A DNA stretch of 64,000 bases. Source: Squalus acanthias. Lineage: Eukaryota. Numbering within the stretch: the first letter of the stretch is position 1; the number at the start of each line of letters is the position of its first letter. The notes under the pieces were generated by a model. That model did no database searches. It was not told where the DNA came from and worked only from the letters and a program-made list of their open reading frames with translations. The translations under genes and the position numbers were made by a program. Below are positions 62,357 through 64,000 of the stretch, piece by piece. The stretch is taken from assembly GCA_030390025.1 (NCBI GenBank), contig CM059425.1:177756001-177820000 (forward strand), written 5' to 3'.

Positions 62357-64000
62357 TGGCCCAGAGGGTGTGGGCCAAGACTTCAGCACATAATCTGACA
62401 CTCTAATATAATACTGAGGGATTGCTGCATTGTCAGAAGTGCCATCCTTTTGATGAGATGTTAAACTGGTGGTACAAGTGGTTGTTAAAGATCCCATAAC
62501 ATTATTCAAAGAACAAGCATTCTTCCAGTGTCCTGGCCAACACCAACCAAAAACACAGATTAGTTACTCATTGAATTCATTGTTGCTGAGCGAGTTTACG
62601 GTGTGCTAAGTTACTGCTGCATTTGTCTACAAAACATTGTCCTTTTAAGTCATTCATTGTATATGAAGCAGTTTGGGATCTTTCTGGGAGATGTAATAAA
62701 GCACTACATGACATAATGTTTCCTTTGTTCCCTTTAATTGCTATCCAGTGTCTCCCACTGAAAATCTGTGTGCACTTGTGATGTCCAGATTCTGCTCTAC
62801 TGTAATAACCCCTCCCTTCCCACTCCACCCATCCAAATGATGAAATAGCCCAAAGTTCGTTGTCTAAACTCGTGTGAAGCTTAAATACTTGGGTGAGTTA
62901 CTGGAGAGTGTCAAGTCCCTGTGAAATTGTACTGCAGCAGGAAGGAAGGGAGAAAATTGACCGATCAGTTTATTTTAAAATCTGTTATTCTAATCTGCAA
63001 TGCAAGGTTTGGAGCTCTGCATTTAAAAAAAAAAAAAAAAAAAAATTTCCTGTGTAAATTTCATTTGATATAAGGAATGTTAGTTTTTCTACATAGTGAT
63101 AGCATCAGTCATTCCCAAGTCAGATGTAGTACAGGTTAGGTATGGTTTTATTAGCCCATTATTATGCCTGACAATGAGTCTTGACCCCAACCTCAAGAGC
63201 ACCCTGATTATACCTGGGTAGATATGTGCAGGGCTGTGTGTTGCTGTGCAGGCCTAAAAAAAATTGTCAGGAGATGTAGTCAGCTGCTTTTTTTGTGAAA
63301 ACACAATTTCTGAGTCAAGTCTGTTGCCAGAGATCAGTATGTGTAAGAGAATGATTTTCTTGTTTAAGCATTTTGGAGGATCCACTCGTAAAATGAACTG
63401 CTGAGTTATTCTCTGCCCCTAAAGATTTATTTTAAATCTAGAGGGAACCATAGTTTTAAGAACAAAAGAAAACACAGAATGAGAAGATAATTCAGGCATC
63501 GAGCTTATTTCTTCCAGACTGTGTAGGATTTGAGGAAGGGTTGTGTGGAGTTTCTCCCTGCCTTCCTCAAGGGATAAATTGAGCAAAACTCCAAAATGTG
63601 TATCCAATCTTGCATTAATCTTTGTCCAATTGGCTTCCTTGGGATGGTAATTTCATACTTATGCATCTGAGAAACAGTCATGTTCCGTCCATCATTTGAT
63701 TATATCTCTCTTTGTTCTTGTAACCCCTCAATCCTGTTTCTAACCAGATTGACCTCCAGTTTCTTTTTTGAATTGTATTAATCGGCATTTTCAAGTACAA
63801 GCTTCAAGGCTCTGGAATCATCCTTAATGCTTTTCTTTGAATTATCTCAATGCATAAATGCTATTTGAAAGTAGAATGCAGAAAACTGTTGACAGTATTC
63901 CATATATGACTTCACATTTGGGAATAACCGTTTCACTCCAACTCAATTTTCAGTCAATGGTTAATAAGCACGCCTGAATCTTTTTCCTTTTTTGATCTTT

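Noticed and set aside
61200..64000. AP3S1 exon 5 or other coding exons in intron 4
   Set aside because: No VHNILAEMVMGG-like sequence found by eye; 61200-61660 and 63400-64000 look like decayed repeats that I cannot classify.

Overview
This is repeat-rich vertebrate genomic DNA, most likely from a cartilaginous fish (shark-type CR1, DeuSINE, Penelope and Harbinger repeats). The only host gene I can support is AP3S1 (AP-3 complex sigma-1) on the + strand: a CpG-rich promoter and coding exons 1-4 (13539-13607, 29276-29367, 30211-30322, 46628-46699), with exons 5-6 apparently beyond the window. The rest is a nested mosaic of transposable elements. It includes four decayed two-gene PIF/Harbinger transposons (DDE transposase plus an intron-containing Myb/SANT partner) and their MITEs, CR1/L2/RTE LINE fragments, DeuSINEs, and Penelope-like inserts carrying minimal hammerhead ribozymes. 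Three things stand out. (1) A 1649-bp TG...CA solo LTR with a 4-bp TSD and foamy-virus-like layout, for which an empty site exists in a paralogous Harbinger in the same window. (2) Several hammerhead ribozymes, three of them on the sense strand of the AP3S1 pre-mRNA. (3) A LINE that appears to begin with a tRNA-derived Pol III head and has no room for ORF1. Repeat boundaries without a stated TSD are approximate, and family names come from motif recognition, not database searches.
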